Assembly: GCA_963727895.1 (NCBI GenBank)
Contig: CAVSHT010000011.1
Span: forward strand, 256,001 to 320,000
DNA from: an uncultured Methanosarcinaceae archaeon
GTDB lineage: Archaea; Halobacteriota; Methanosarcinia; Methanosarcinales; Methanosarcinaceae
Reading direction: 5' to 3'
Length of the DNA stretch: 64,000 nucleotides
The notes beneath the pieces are model-generated. The model had not been told where the DNA came from and made no database searches. It worked only from the letters and a program-made list of their open reading frames with translations. A program made the translations under genes and the position numbers. Each line of letters starts with the position of its first letter. The stretch's first letter is position 1. This document shows positions 32,062 to 42,080 of this stretch, one piece after another.

Positions 32062-32850
32062 TCACCAGTATACCAGATAGTTAAATAGTTCATCAACTTC
32101 ATCTTTATATTCTTCAAAAAAGCTATAGCTTTTTACAAGATAGCCTTCGGCAGGAAGGTCTTCAAGGTAGCCATACCAGTAAACAACCATACCTTCTCCG
32201 AAGATATTTGCATATTCCTGGAATTGTTTCTTTGAATAATGTTCGTGTTCGAAATCGTCCCCAAAGAGTGCTTTGCTTTCAATCCAATTGACCATACTAT
32301 TGTCTACACATATAGGGTTTGCCAGAACAAAATCTGGAGTCTTGCCTTCTCCTTTAGCCCGAATATCTGCTTCGGTAAAATATGAAATTTCCCTATCATC
32401 AAGCCATTTTTGGATAACTGCTTCTCCCATCACACCTTTCTTACATTGCATCTCATGAGCATGAGGGGAGAAAAAATGATCCGCTTCAAGGGCTTTTTTA
32501 ACTTCTTTTCTAAGACGTCGGTTCTCAATTAAATCCACATTCTTGAAAAGACAGTTTATATTTTTCTTGGAAATTTCACAATTCTTCATAATAAGTGATG
32601 CCATAAGGGTAGGTGGAAATCCTGCATATTCAGCAAGATCAAGAATTGTACGTCCTTGCTTCCATTTTAAAAAAATTTCGCTTTCTCTAGAATAAACCTT
32701 CCTGTGTTTGAACCTTGTCTTTTTCACTACTTTCTGGTTGAGAATCGTTGCAAGCATGCCTACAGGTTTGGAATATTCATCTGAAAGACGAAAAACATCT
32801 TTAAAGTCATGTAGTGATCTATATATTATCTGGTATGTCTGGCGGTCCAT
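32062..32850 (-). CDS. C15orf41/CDIN1-family (TPD domain) PD-(D/E)XK nuclease-like protein
   Basis: KTPDFVL, NWIESKALFGD, GEGMVVYWYGY. Confidence 0.85.
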   Translation of the reverse strand: MDRQTYQIIYRSLHDFKDVFRLSDEYSKPVGMLATILNQKVVKKTRFKHRKVYSRESEIFLKWKQGRTILDLAEYAGFPPTLMASLIMKNCEISKKNINCLFKNVDLIENRRLRKEVKKALEADHFFSPHAHEMQCKKGVMGEAVIQKWLDDREISYFTEADIRAKGEGKTPDFVLANPICVDNSMVNWIESKALFGDDFEHEHYSKKQFQEYANIFGEGMVVYWYGYLEDLPAEGYLVKSYSFFEEYKDEVDELFNYLVYW

Positions 32851-33320
32851 CCTGAATCATCGTATCCTTTTTTGTTTTCTTACCGGGCATACAAAATGAA
32901 AGTTCAGTAGCATGAGAGATAAACTTCTATATCAAAAGTATCTCTAAACATGCAATTGATTTTTCTTATTTATGCTCATGGTTAATAACCATAAGTAATG
33001 CCTTAAAACTCTATATTTGACTTTTTAAGAAATCTGAGAGATTACTCAGGAATGCTGGAATGAAATAAACATATATTATCTGGTATGTCTGGCGGTCCAT
33101 CCTGAATCATCGTATCCTTTTTTGTTTTCTTACCGGGCATACAAAATGAAAGTTCAGTAGCATGAGAGACAAACTTCTATATCAAAAGTATCTCTAAACA
33201 TGCAATTGATTTTTCTTATTTATGCTCATGGTTAATAACCATAAGTAATGCCTTAAAACTCTATATTTGGCTTTTTAAGAAATCTGGGAGATTACTCAGG
33301 AATGCTGGAATGAAATAAAC
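32821..33320. repeat. 250-bp tandem duplication (32821-33070 / 33071-33320)
   Basis: Head-to-tail copies; I count 3 substitutions. Confidence 0.97.
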
Positions 33321-33398
33321 TTTTTTCTTTCACGGGTGAGAGATCCTTTTCCAGAAAATCTGCTGTATATCTAGCCAATTTTTCTTGAAGAATTTTGA

Positions 33399-34103
33399 TT
33401 AGCTCCAGAAATCTTCATCTTTGGTATCTTGAAGGTCTATTTTCATCACTTCATCAAGCTTCTCACGTTTTTCTCTAATTTCAGATAATTTTTTTGTGTT
33501 CTTATCTCTTCCTGATCGGTAAGAATTTTCTTTTTTATCAGTATCAGAAGCTACAAAAATCGTCGTGTGCTTATCATTTAAAATAATTTTTTCCTGAACG
33601 ATTGGTCTTTCTTTTACTCTCGTCTGCATTTTTGTACATATGATCTTATTTTTTTCAGGTACTTCTTCTAATTTATATTCCATGTTCATGGAAGCTTTTT
33701 CTAAATCAACATCATTTGACCTTTCTTTTAGCTTTTCGTCATAATTTTCTTTAAGCTTCGGATCAGGCTTCCTTACAGTTTCTTCCTGGAAGGGCCAGTT
33801 ATGAGTTCTTTTTTCATTTTTCCTTTCAACAAGTTTCTTGTTTTCTACAAGCCTTGACGGAATCCAGTCTCCTTTTTCAGAGACGCTTTTTCTTTTCGAA
33901 ATGGGATTTCTGCCTAATTTACGGAAAGTTTCTTCAGCGTAAGTATCCTTATTCCTTTCCGATTTTTCGGATGTCTTACGTGTTGTGCTATAGCCTATAA
34001 GGCAGGTAGGTTCTTTTGTTCTCCACTCCAGGCAGAAGAGATGACATTCCCGCCCTTTGCACATCTGGCTTTCATCAAGTGGACATATTTCTGGAAGGGT
34101 CAT
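33399..34103 (-). CDS. Hypothetical protein with Cys-rich N-terminus and charged tail
   Basis: CPLDESQMCKGRECHLFC...C followed by K/E-rich sequence. Confidence 0.7.
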   Translation of the reverse strand: MTLPEICPLDESQMCKGRECHLFCLEWRTKEPTCLIGYSTTRKTSEKSERNKDTYAEETFRKLGRNPISKRKSVSEKGDWIPSRLVENKKLVERKNEKRTHNWPFQEETVRKPDPKLKENYDEKLKERSNDVDLEKASMNMEYKLEEVPEKNKIICTKMQTRVKERPIVQEKIILNDKHTTIFVASDTDKKENSYRSGRDKNTKKLSEIREKREKLDEVMKIDLQDTKDEDFWS

Positions 34104-34169
34104 AATACTAAAGACAACAGAATATAAAAAATAGTTAACGGTAATAAATATTAAAATATTTGACCAGAG

Positions 34170-35015
34170 TTATTTGAGAACATCAGCAATCAAAGGCGCA
34201 ACGCTGAGTCTGCTTTCTGCTTTCTCAAGGGTATCGGTGCCGATTATATCTTTCACACCTGCATTGAAGAGTCTTAAAACTGCGTTCCTTGCAAGTACAG
34301 GATGTACGCAGGCAATGTAAACTTCTGCTGCTCCCTGCTTTCTTAGCATCCTTATAGACTCGGCCATTGTTCCGCCTGTCGCAATCATATCATCTACAAG
34401 AACGACCTGTCTACCTGTTACATCGAGATTTTTTGTTTTGATTACAACTGTATCTCCGCTCAACCTGGTTTTCTCCAGATGATCGTGATCAAAATCCATA
34501 TCTGATGACACATTTTTCACGAGTTCTTCAGCTCCGGAATCAGGAGCAAGCAGAAGAGGATTTTTCAGGTCGAGACTTGCAATATGTTCTCCAACCAGTT
34601 TGGCAGCTTCAAGGTTGTATGCTGGTCCTGCAAAGTGTTCAAGAACGCTTTCTTCGTGGATGTTTACTGTAAATATTTTGTCAGCATTAATACAACGGGC
34701 AATTGCACGGGCACTAATAGGTTCTCCAGACTTGAATTTCGTATCCTGTCTGGCGTATCCCATGTATGGAATCACGACATTGAGTTTTTTTGCTCCTTCA
34801 CAGGCATCGATAAGCTGGAGTAAAGAAACAAGATCTGAATCGCTGGGCGTGCTCTGGATGAGGGTCACATGTTCATTTTCGATCTCATCAGCGATTCGGA
34901 GATAAAGTTCTCCATCAGGAAAACGATTAAACTCGGAAAGTACAGGCTCTGTTCCTAAAGCCCGGGCAGTGCGGCTGGCAAGTAATTGTGATGCTGGTCC
35001 ACCTATGATCTTCAA
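34170..35015 (-). CDS. prs: Ribose-phosphate pyrophosphokinase
   Basis: FPDGE, PYMGYARQD, LVDDMIATGGT; TTG start after GAGGT. Confidence 0.95.
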   Translation of the reverse strand: MKIIGGPASQLLASRTARALGTEPVLSEFNRFPDGELYLRIADEIENEHVTLIQSTPSDSDLVSLLQLIDACEGAKKLNVVIPYMGYARQDTKFKSGEPISARAIARCINADKIFTVNIHEESVLEHFAGPAYNLEAAKLVGEHIASLDLKNPLLLAPDSGAEELVKNVSSDMDFDHDHLEKTRLSGDTVVIKTKNLDVTGRQVVLVDDMIATGGTMAESIRMLRKQGAAEVYIACVHPVLARNAVLRLFNAGVKDIIGTDTLEKAESRLSVAPLIADVLK

Positions 35016-35091
35016 GATATATACCTCAGTCTGCCGTCTTGATATATCCCATCCTTTAAAAAGCTTATTTTTAATGTGTTTACTCTGGACT

Positions 35092-35559
35092 TCATCCTTT
35101 AAGCTTTTCAAGTACTCTTATATTTTGTATTGAAGTATTTGGATAATTTCCAGTCTCATCTTTTTCCACAGATTTCACCATATCCCATATCGTCAGCAGG
35201 GCTGCCGAAACTCCTGTGAGTGCTTCCATCTCAACTTCGGTTTTTCCGACGTTTCTGACGTCTACTGTAACCGAAATCAGTTTTATTTCTATCTTAAAAT
35301 CCACATCTATGCTAGTAATTGGGATCTGGTGACACATTGGAATTAGTTCTGGAGTTTTTTTAATCGCAAGTATGGCTGCAACCCGTGCAGTTGCAAGTAC
35401 GTTTCCTTTCTCCACACTTCCGGCTTTTATCATCTCTATAGTCTCCCCAGAAAGTATAATTTCCCCTGAAGCTCTGGCAAATCTCTGTATATCACGTTTT
35501 TCGCTGATATCTACCATATGTGCTCTACCGGACTCAATATGAGTAAACTGCTTTTCCAC
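35092..35559 (-). CDS. moaC: Cyclic pyranopterin monophosphate synthase
   Basis: MVDISEK, LIPMCH, EMEAL, IWDMVK; start approximate. Confidence 0.93.
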   Translation of the reverse strand: MEKQFTHIESGRAHMVDISEKRDIQRFARASGEIILSGETIEMIKAGSVEKGNVLATARVAAILAIKKTPELIPMCHQIPITSIDVDFKIEIKLISVTVDVRNVGKTEVEMEALTGVSAALLTIWDMVKSVEKDETGNYPNTSIQNIRVLEKLKG

Positions 35560-35645
35560 AAAATCACCGTATTTTTTCTTTTCGGTTTGAATCAAATCCG
35601 ATTTTCATTTTCTTTATATACTTTATCAATTTATTTTTTCACACT

Positions 35646-35828
35646 TCAAATTCTGAGATTCTTTCTCTGTGAATAGTCTTCAAGCACTTTTTCTAGCTCT
35701 CTTTCAAGTTCTCTGGCTTCTTCAAGGTTGAGTTTTATAACCTGTTCATCTTCCCCGTGAAAAATCGTAACTCTTATCCGGTTTCTTTCAATTTCCAGCT
35801 TGATTTTCCTTTCAATCCCCTGTAACAT
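35646..35828 (-). CDS. Small hypothetical protein (60 aa)
   Basis: GGAGGT RBS; first gene of the run with moaC and prs. Confidence 0.7.
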   Translation of the reverse strand: MLQGIERKIKLEIERNRIRVTIFHGEDEQVIKLNLEEARELERELEKVLEDYSQRKNLRI

Positions 35829-36452
35829 ACAAATTACCTCCCTATTTTATGTATTTGGAATGTTTCAAGTTTGCAACATATCATTATCAATTATGATTTT
35901 TGATTAATTGTAGTATTAAAATATGGTAGTGGATGTAAGTTATGAAGAACATATGTACAAAACTCTCTCTACAGATTTTCTCAAATAAGATGAATGTACT
36001 TGCTTTTTAGGAATTGATCAATAGCTCGCATACACGACCTAATACATTATTGAATATGTTGTTTAATATCTTAGACATTACCTTCTGTGATCATTGTTTT
36101 TAAGATTTTTCTAGATACTAATGTAGCTTTTTTGAGGGCTCTTCTCAGAAATAGTCAACTTCACTTATATAAAAAGTTACAATCTCATAAATTATTAATT
36201 TCACAAAAATAAAATTAAATATATAGTTGAAAAAGTTTACATAGAATAACTGACTTAAATATCTTTGCATATTTAATAATAAATTATTATTAATGGGCTT
36301 ATCTTAAAATCATTTTAATTTTTTCTAAAAAAATTTTGATAATTAGAGTCATAATCAGAAACTCTATTGATAATTCTAAATATAAGGCTTAGATAAGCAA
36401 TTTTAGATTTTGGGGTCAGCTCATTATATAAATTCAAAAACTGAGGGTTAAT

Positions 36453-38147
36453 ATGGAGAGTAATAAAACCTCTAAAAAGCTGATTCTATTAAATGCCTTG
36501 GGAATAATAGTACTGGTATTCTTAATACTGGTTAGTATCACAGGCGCAGAACCATTTGGCAATGATGGAAATTCTAAATATTTAACCAGGGAAGATGCTT
36601 CGAAGGTCAATGAACCTGTTTCGAATCCTTACTTAGCGTCCTCACTGTATGCCATCACCCACTTTGACTCTTCCCAGAGTGACTCTACGCCTTATGGGCC
36701 TCCCTGCGGTGTTTTCACTATAGATCCAACGAAAGAACCGATTGTTTACGGTGGCCCAATTAACATAATGACTCTTGCCTCAACAGACAAGGACTATATG
36801 TGGGCAGTCGGCACCGATCGCGTAAGCTACGTTAATATTTCAGGCAATAATTGGACTGCGGTGGCAGAATATGAGGCACTTGCCAATGCGACAAACAACA
36901 AATTACCGGCTATTCCTTATAAAAATTTAAGCACTTTCGGCAAGTCGTCTGCTGTAGGAATGAGCGCAACCTCGATGGATAGTTACTTAAAAAGCCTTTT
37001 CAGTGAAAATTATTCAGCTCGCTTCGGGAATGGAGGATATTCGGTAGTCGATAACAAAAACGTACTCTATGTCAATTATGGTAATAACATCTATGCATTT
37101 GCACTAAAGAATCCTTGCAAACCATCCGAAGGCATAAAAACGTGCTATATGATAGAAGATGTAGTAACTGCTATTCAGGGTAAGAACCATCTTTCAAGCG
37201 TTAGAGTATCTGGCCTTTCCATGACATACGATGGTCATCTTATTATCATATTCAGCAATGGTGTAGCAGTCGCCGACCGCGCCCTCAACACTACTTGTGC
37301 ATCTTTTTGCCAGTTTAATGACAGTGAATACGTTAGCAACTCAGTTGCAGTAGATGAAAACAACGGTATATATGTAGCTAGCGATAGTGTCATGCACAAA
37401 CTCGTCTGGACTGGTACAAAACTTTCAGACGATGAAGCTGACGGTGCGTGGTCGCAAGAATACACAAATTCGGTACAGCCTCCTATGATTAAGATGGGCA
37501 ATGGAACAGGGTCTACCCCAACACTAATGGGATTTGGTAATGACAAGGATAAACTTGTGGTCATAACCGATGGTGCTAAACGGATGAACCTGGTGGCATT
37601 CTGGCGTGACAAAATTCCCCACGGATCCCAACGCATCGCTGACCAAATTCCAGTAACCTGTGGTTTGCCAAATGATACTGAGTGGATACAGTCAGAGCAG
37701 TCTGTAGTGGTATATGGATACGGGGCCTTTGTCGTGAATAATATGCCGGAAACTTTTGATTCTAACCTTGAAGGTAAGAACAAGATTTTTCAGGTCTCAC
37801 TCATGGGCCCAGCATCTTCTACCTCTTATGGCGCTGAACGCTTCCAATGGAATACATCAACGCATAAATGGACTTCTGTATGGTCACGATCAGATGTCTC
37901 ATCGACAAGCATGATCCCAATCCACAGCGTGTCAGGTAATATGGCTCTTATCAATGGTTATCAATCTCCAGACGGATGGGAAATTCTCGGACTTGACTGG
38001 GATACTGGCAAAACAGTTCATAAGACTGTCTTTGGAGATTTGAACTTCGGAAACGGTGCATATGCAGTTCTGCAGTATCTGAATAATGATGATCTGATTT
38101 TCAATTCAATATCAGGCCCGATTCGTATCCATTACGACCAGAAATAA
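36453..38147 (+). CDS. Secreted/surface protein, probably beta-propeller-like
   Basis: Signal peptide ending ITGA-EPF; beta-rich body with SVAVDENNGIYV and GTGSTPTL. Confidence 0.75.
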   Translation: MESNKTSKKLILLNALGIIVLVFLILVSITGAEPFGNDGNSKYLTREDASKVNEPVSNPYLASSLYAITHFDSSQSDSTPYGPPCGVFTIDPTKEPIVYGGPINIMTLASTDKDYMWAVGTDRVSYVNISGNNWTAVAEYEALANATNNKLPAIPYKNLSTFGKSSAVGMSATSMDSYLKSLFSENYSARFGNGGYSVVDNKNVLYVNYGNNIYAFALKNPCKPSEGIKTCYMIEDVVTAIQGKNHLSSVRVSGLSMTYDGHLIIIFSNGVAVADRALNTTCASFCQFNDSEYVSNSVAVDENNGIYVASDSVMHKLVWTGTKLSDDEADGAWSQEYTNSVQPPMIKMGNGTGSTPTLMGFGNDKDKLVVITDGAKRMNLVAFWRDKIPHGSQRIADQIPVTCGLPNDTEWIQSEQSVVVYGYGAFVVNNMPETFDSNLEGKNKIFQVSLMGPASSTSYGAERFQWNTSTHKWTSVWSRSDVSSTSMIPIHSVSGNMALINGYQSPDGWEILGLDWDTGKTVHKTVFGDLNFGNGAYAVLQYLNNDDLIFNSISGPIRIHYDQK

Positions 38148-38237
38148 TTCGGAGGGAAATCTCCTTTTCAAGAAAAAAATATAGTGTCACATACAACGGT
38201 AAAATGTTGTAAAATTATATTGCTATAACTTACATAG

Positions 38238-38262
38238 TTGCCTGCTTTGCAGGCAATTTTTT
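38238..38262. terminator. Hairpin plus T-tract between convergent genes
   Basis: TTGCCTGC-TTT-GCAGGCAA-TTTTTT. Confidence 0.55.
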
Positions 38263-38388
38263 AATTTCCCTAAATCTATCTTAAAGTGGGGATTGGAGAT
38301 ATCTCTAAAGTTAAATCTTCTAATGTTAAATTAATTGCAATAGTAGATTTATAGAACTAGAATGAACTTTGAGATTTTTTTCTCTTTT

Positions 38389-39897
38389 TTATCCTATTTC
38401 AGCTTCTTTAATTATTCTTGGAATATTTTCTATAACGTCCGTTGCAAGCAACCCGTTTCCTGCCTTTTCAAAAGCCAGATCTCCAGCTGCTCCATTTATG
38501 TATGCAGCACAGGTTGCCGAAAGAAATGCAGGATTTCTGGAAAACAACGATCCTGTAAGGCCTGCAAGGACATCTCCTGTACCTCCTACGGTCATGCCTG
38601 CATTTCCTGTCCTGTTCAGAAGGATCTGTTTTCCATCCGATATAATATCGATTTTTCCTTTGAGAAGTGTTACGACGCCTTTTTCCTCGGAAAATTCCCT
38701 CACAACTTTAATACGGGCTTCCTCACTTTCGGGAGTTTCCATGTTTCTCAGAAGGGTAAATTCTCTGGCATGAGGGGTTACTATTAGTTCACAATTGCCT
38801 GCAAGGCTTTCAAAGATATTGCCTGAGAGGGCTGAAAGTATATCGGCATCAAGAACGGCTTTCCTGCAAAAGGGTAGGATTTTCCTGACGGTTTCCATGG
38901 TTTCTGTTGCTCTTCCAAGTCCCATTCCCATTACTACTACATCATGGGAATTTATAAGATCTACAAGAATAGAAAAATCATCGGGGCAGAGGATCTCTGA
39001 AGAAAGTTTTCGGACGATTAGATTTGGAGAATAAGATGCTACAGTTTTGGCTACAGACACAGGAACTGTTACGGTTACAAGATCTGCTCCTGATTTCAGC
39101 GCTGCAAGACCTGCAAAAGTCGGAGCTCCTGAATATGGTCCACCTCCTATAACAAGAATTTTTCCGGAATCTCCTTTGTGCCCTTTCGATTCTCTCTTGC
39201 TTAGCATCATCAGGTCTCCAGGGCCGACATATTTTTCGGCGTCTGCAAAGATCCCTATCTCTGCAACCTTTATTACTCCAGTATATTCTTTTGCTCCTTC
39301 ATTTAAAAGTCCAATCTTCATATGGTGAAATGTAACTGTAAGCTCTGCATTTACAGCTTTTTCAAAACTTCCTCCATCAGGATCAAGTCCTGAAGGAATA
39401 TCAATTGAAATTATTTTTTTCCCTTTTTTCCCTTCTCTATTTATAAAATCGATAGCCTTTGATTCAGGCTCTCTTATTTTTCTCTTTACTCCGGTCCCGA
39501 ATATGGCGTCTACAAGTAGATCAGCTTCTGAAAACCAGTTAGACGCTTCAACTTCAAGCTGGCTTGAATCCGTTATTTCAAGTGCCTCGACGCGGCTGAA
39601 TTTCAGAAGGGAATAATTGTGAAGAGCTTCATTTGTTCCTATATCTCTGGCTTTTCCTAACAGGATTACCTTTACAGTGTATCTTGAAAAACCTGCAAGA
39701 TGTCTGGCGGCAACAAAAGCATCTCCTCCATTGTTTCCCCTGCCTGCAACAAAAAGTATTTTCCCGCTTTCAAGTTTTTCTCTTGCGTTCTGTGCAATAA
39801 TGGCTCCTGCATTTTCCATTAACTGGACAGGTAGAAGCCCAAGGCATTCGCAGTTTTTGTCTATTGCTTTCATCTTTGAAGAACTGATACACTTCAT
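38389..39897 (-). CDS. nnr: Bifunctional NAD(P)H-hydrate epimerase/dehydratase (NnrE-NnrD)
   Basis: LMENAG, GRGNNGGD, HKGDSG, GGTGDVLAG. Confidence 0.94.
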   Translation of the reverse strand: MKCISSSKMKAIDKNCECLGLLPVQLMENAGAIIAQNAREKLESGKILFVAGRGNNGGDAFVAARHLAGFSRYTVKVILLGKARDIGTNEALHNYSLLKFSRVEALEITDSSQLEVEASNWFSEADLLVDAIFGTGVKRKIREPESKAIDFINREGKKGKKIISIDIPSGLDPDGGSFEKAVNAELTVTFHHMKIGLLNEGAKEYTGVIKVAEIGIFADAEKYVGPGDLMMLSKRESKGHKGDSGKILVIGGGPYSGAPTFAGLAALKSGADLVTVTVPVSVAKTVASYSPNLIVRKLSSEILCPDDFSILVDLINSHDVVVMGMGLGRATETMETVRKILPFCRKAVLDADILSALSGNIFESLAGNCELIVTPHAREFTLLRNMETPESEEARIKVVREFSEEKGVVTLLKGKIDIISDGKQILLNRTGNAGMTVGGTGDVLAGLTGSLFSRNPAFLSATCAAYINGAAGDLAFEKAGNGLLATDVIENIPRIIKEAEIG

Positions 39898-40331
39898 GGT
39901 AATTACCTTCCTACCTATCTCATTTTGTTTCCTGTTACTTATCTACTACTCAAATATTTCTGCAAGCCTCGGTTCGCTGGCTTATAGACTATTTTAGGAA
40001 TTATTATATATTTCAGAGTAATTGAAGTAATTTATTATATTTTTGCATCAAGGAAAACCTATTTGATGTCATTATGTATATTACGTTAAACTCCAATATA
40101 ATTAATATCGGAATTACTAAATTTTCATGAAAAACAGCACTTATTCCTTATGTGTATGATTCGCAAAGTATAATTTCATAAGAGTATTTAATTAGTAAAA
40201 ATAATGTTCTAAAACTACGGCTAGCCTTACAGTTAACTAACTGTAGTAAAACGTGAACAGGTAGGACTCTGATCAAATGTTTGCTTTCCTTTGCACGTGT
40301 CTGGACTTATATAATATAGGGAGGACTATTT

Positions 40332-41798
40332 TTGCCTAATTTTTCAAAAGATGCGGATAGCAATCTTAAAAGTACAGTCAAACCCAGATACCTTGTTCTG
40401 GGCAGTGGAAGTGTCGGTTTTGCGCTTGCAAAAGAGCTCAGGGAAAGCAATAAGCTCGTAATTATTGTAGATAAAGACGAAGCTAAGGTTGAGACTCTTA
40501 GAGAAGAAGGCTTTGAAGCAATTGTAGGTGACATCTCCGATCCTGAGCTCGTCAATAAGATTGACCTTAAAAACGTTGTTGTCATACTTTTCCTTACTTC
40601 CAATAACGAGGCTAACAGGAAGGGCATTGAAAATTTCAAAAAGGCAATTAACCCTGATGTTCAGCTCTTTTCCCGGGCTTCAGACATTATCAATAAGGAA
40701 AAAATGGAAGATCTTGGGGCAGATTATGTCTTTATGCCTTCCAAGCTTGTTGCAAGTTCCCTTTCCCGTTCCCTTGAGAGAGCTGAGTCAGTTCACAGGG
40801 GCAACAGGCTTGCGCGGTGGCTGAAGGGAATAAGGGATAAAAAACTTGCTATTGTAATTCACGATAACCCTGATCCGGATGCCATTTCTAGTGGGCTGGC
40901 CCTAAAAGAGATTGCAAAGAACATCGGGGTTGAAGCAAACATCCTTTACCACGGCAGAATCGGGCATCAGGAAAATAAAGCCTTTGTAAACCTACTCGGA
41001 ATTGACCTCGGGAAGATGGAAGAATACGACCTCAAAGACTTCGATGAAATCGCTCTGATTGACTGTTCGATTCCCGGAGTTAACAACATGGTTCCCCCCA
41101 ACTCGTATGTGGGTGTTGTAATTGACCATCATCCTACCGGAGATACTGAGATAAAGGCTGAGTATATAGACATTAGGCCTAACTTTGGAGCAACGGCTAC
41201 TATAATGACAAAGTATCTGCAGCAGCTCAATATAAATATCTCCAAGACGCTGGCAACGGCTCTGCTCTATGGAATCCGGACTGATACCCAGGATTTCAAG
41301 CGGAAGACTGACCCCGCAGATCTTTCAGCTGCTTCGTACCTTTATCCTCTTTCGAACCACGGAATCCTGGATCAGCTTGAGCAGCCTTCAATGGCCATCG
41401 AAACTCTTGAAGTACTCGGGGAAGCTATCAGGAACCGGCAGGTGCTAGGAAGTTACCTTCTCTCGAATGTTGGGAACATAAGAGATAGAGATACGCTTCC
41501 GCAAGCTGCGGATTACCTGTTGAGCCTTGAAGGGATCTCTACAACCGTGGTTTTTGGGGTTACTGATGATCGTATATATATTTCCGGCCGAAGTAATGAT
41601 ATAAGAATTAACCTTGGAGAAATTATGCGCCAGGCTTTCGGTGAAGATGCAGGTGGACACGCAAACGCAGCAGGAGCTCAAATTCCTCTTGGAGTTTTCA
41701 GTGCTACAAAAGATCGGCAGACATTACTAAGGCTGGTTAATGAAGCAGTAGTAAAAAGGTTTCTGAGTGCTGTAGGAGTCGAAAGTGCTGGAGAATGA
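40332..41798 (+). CDS. TrkA-N (RCK) + DHH/DHHA1 phosphoesterase
   Basis: LGSGSVG, HDNPDPDA, IDHH, GGHANAAG. Confidence 0.9.
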   Translation: MPNFSKDADSNLKSTVKPRYLVLGSGSVGFALAKELRESNKLVIIVDKDEAKVETLREEGFEAIVGDISDPELVNKIDLKNVVVILFLTSNNEANRKGIENFKKAINPDVQLFSRASDIINKEKMEDLGADYVFMPSKLVASSLSRSLERAESVHRGNRLARWLKGIRDKKLAIVIHDNPDPDAISSGLALKEIAKNIGVEANILYHGRIGHQENKAFVNLLGIDLGKMEEYDLKDFDEIALIDCSIPGVNNMVPPNSYVGVVIDHHPTGDTEIKAEYIDIRPNFGATATIMTKYLQQLNINISKTLATALLYGIRTDTQDFKRKTDPADLSAASYLYPLSNHGILDQLEQPSMAIETLEVLGEAIRNRQVLGSYLLSNVGNIRDRDTLPQAADYLLSLEGISTTVVFGVTDDRIYISGRSNDIRINLGEIMRQAFGEDAGGHANAAGAQIPLGVFSATKDRQTLLRLVNEAVVKRFLSAVGVESAGE

Positions 41799-41898
41799 GG
41801 CTTCATTTCGACTCTAAATATACGTCTAAAATTTCTACCTAATGATTTTGAATGAAATCTTTTTGAAATATTATACAAAAGAACATAACAGAGTTAAA

Positions 41899-41988
41899 AT
41901 AATAGAAAATACAGAATCGAATAAAAATAATAAGAAAACAGAATAGAGTAAAAAATAAGAAAACAGAATAGAGTAAAGATAAGAGAAA
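41899..41988. repeat. Degenerate ~25-bp tandem repeat between convergent genes
   Basis: TAAGAAAACAGAATAGAGTAAA at 41931 and 41956, plus degenerate flanking copies. Confidence 0.6.
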
Positions 41989-42080
41989 AAAGTGTTTTTC
42001 TCCTCTCACTTTTCTAAAGCTTTCAATTTTCTAGGCATCTAGTTTCTTTTTGATGCTTTGAATATCTGATTTCGAAAGTG

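Noticed and set aside
41880..41990. Repeats as a possible CRISPR array
   Set aside because: Abutting degenerate units with no unique spacers, and no cas genes.
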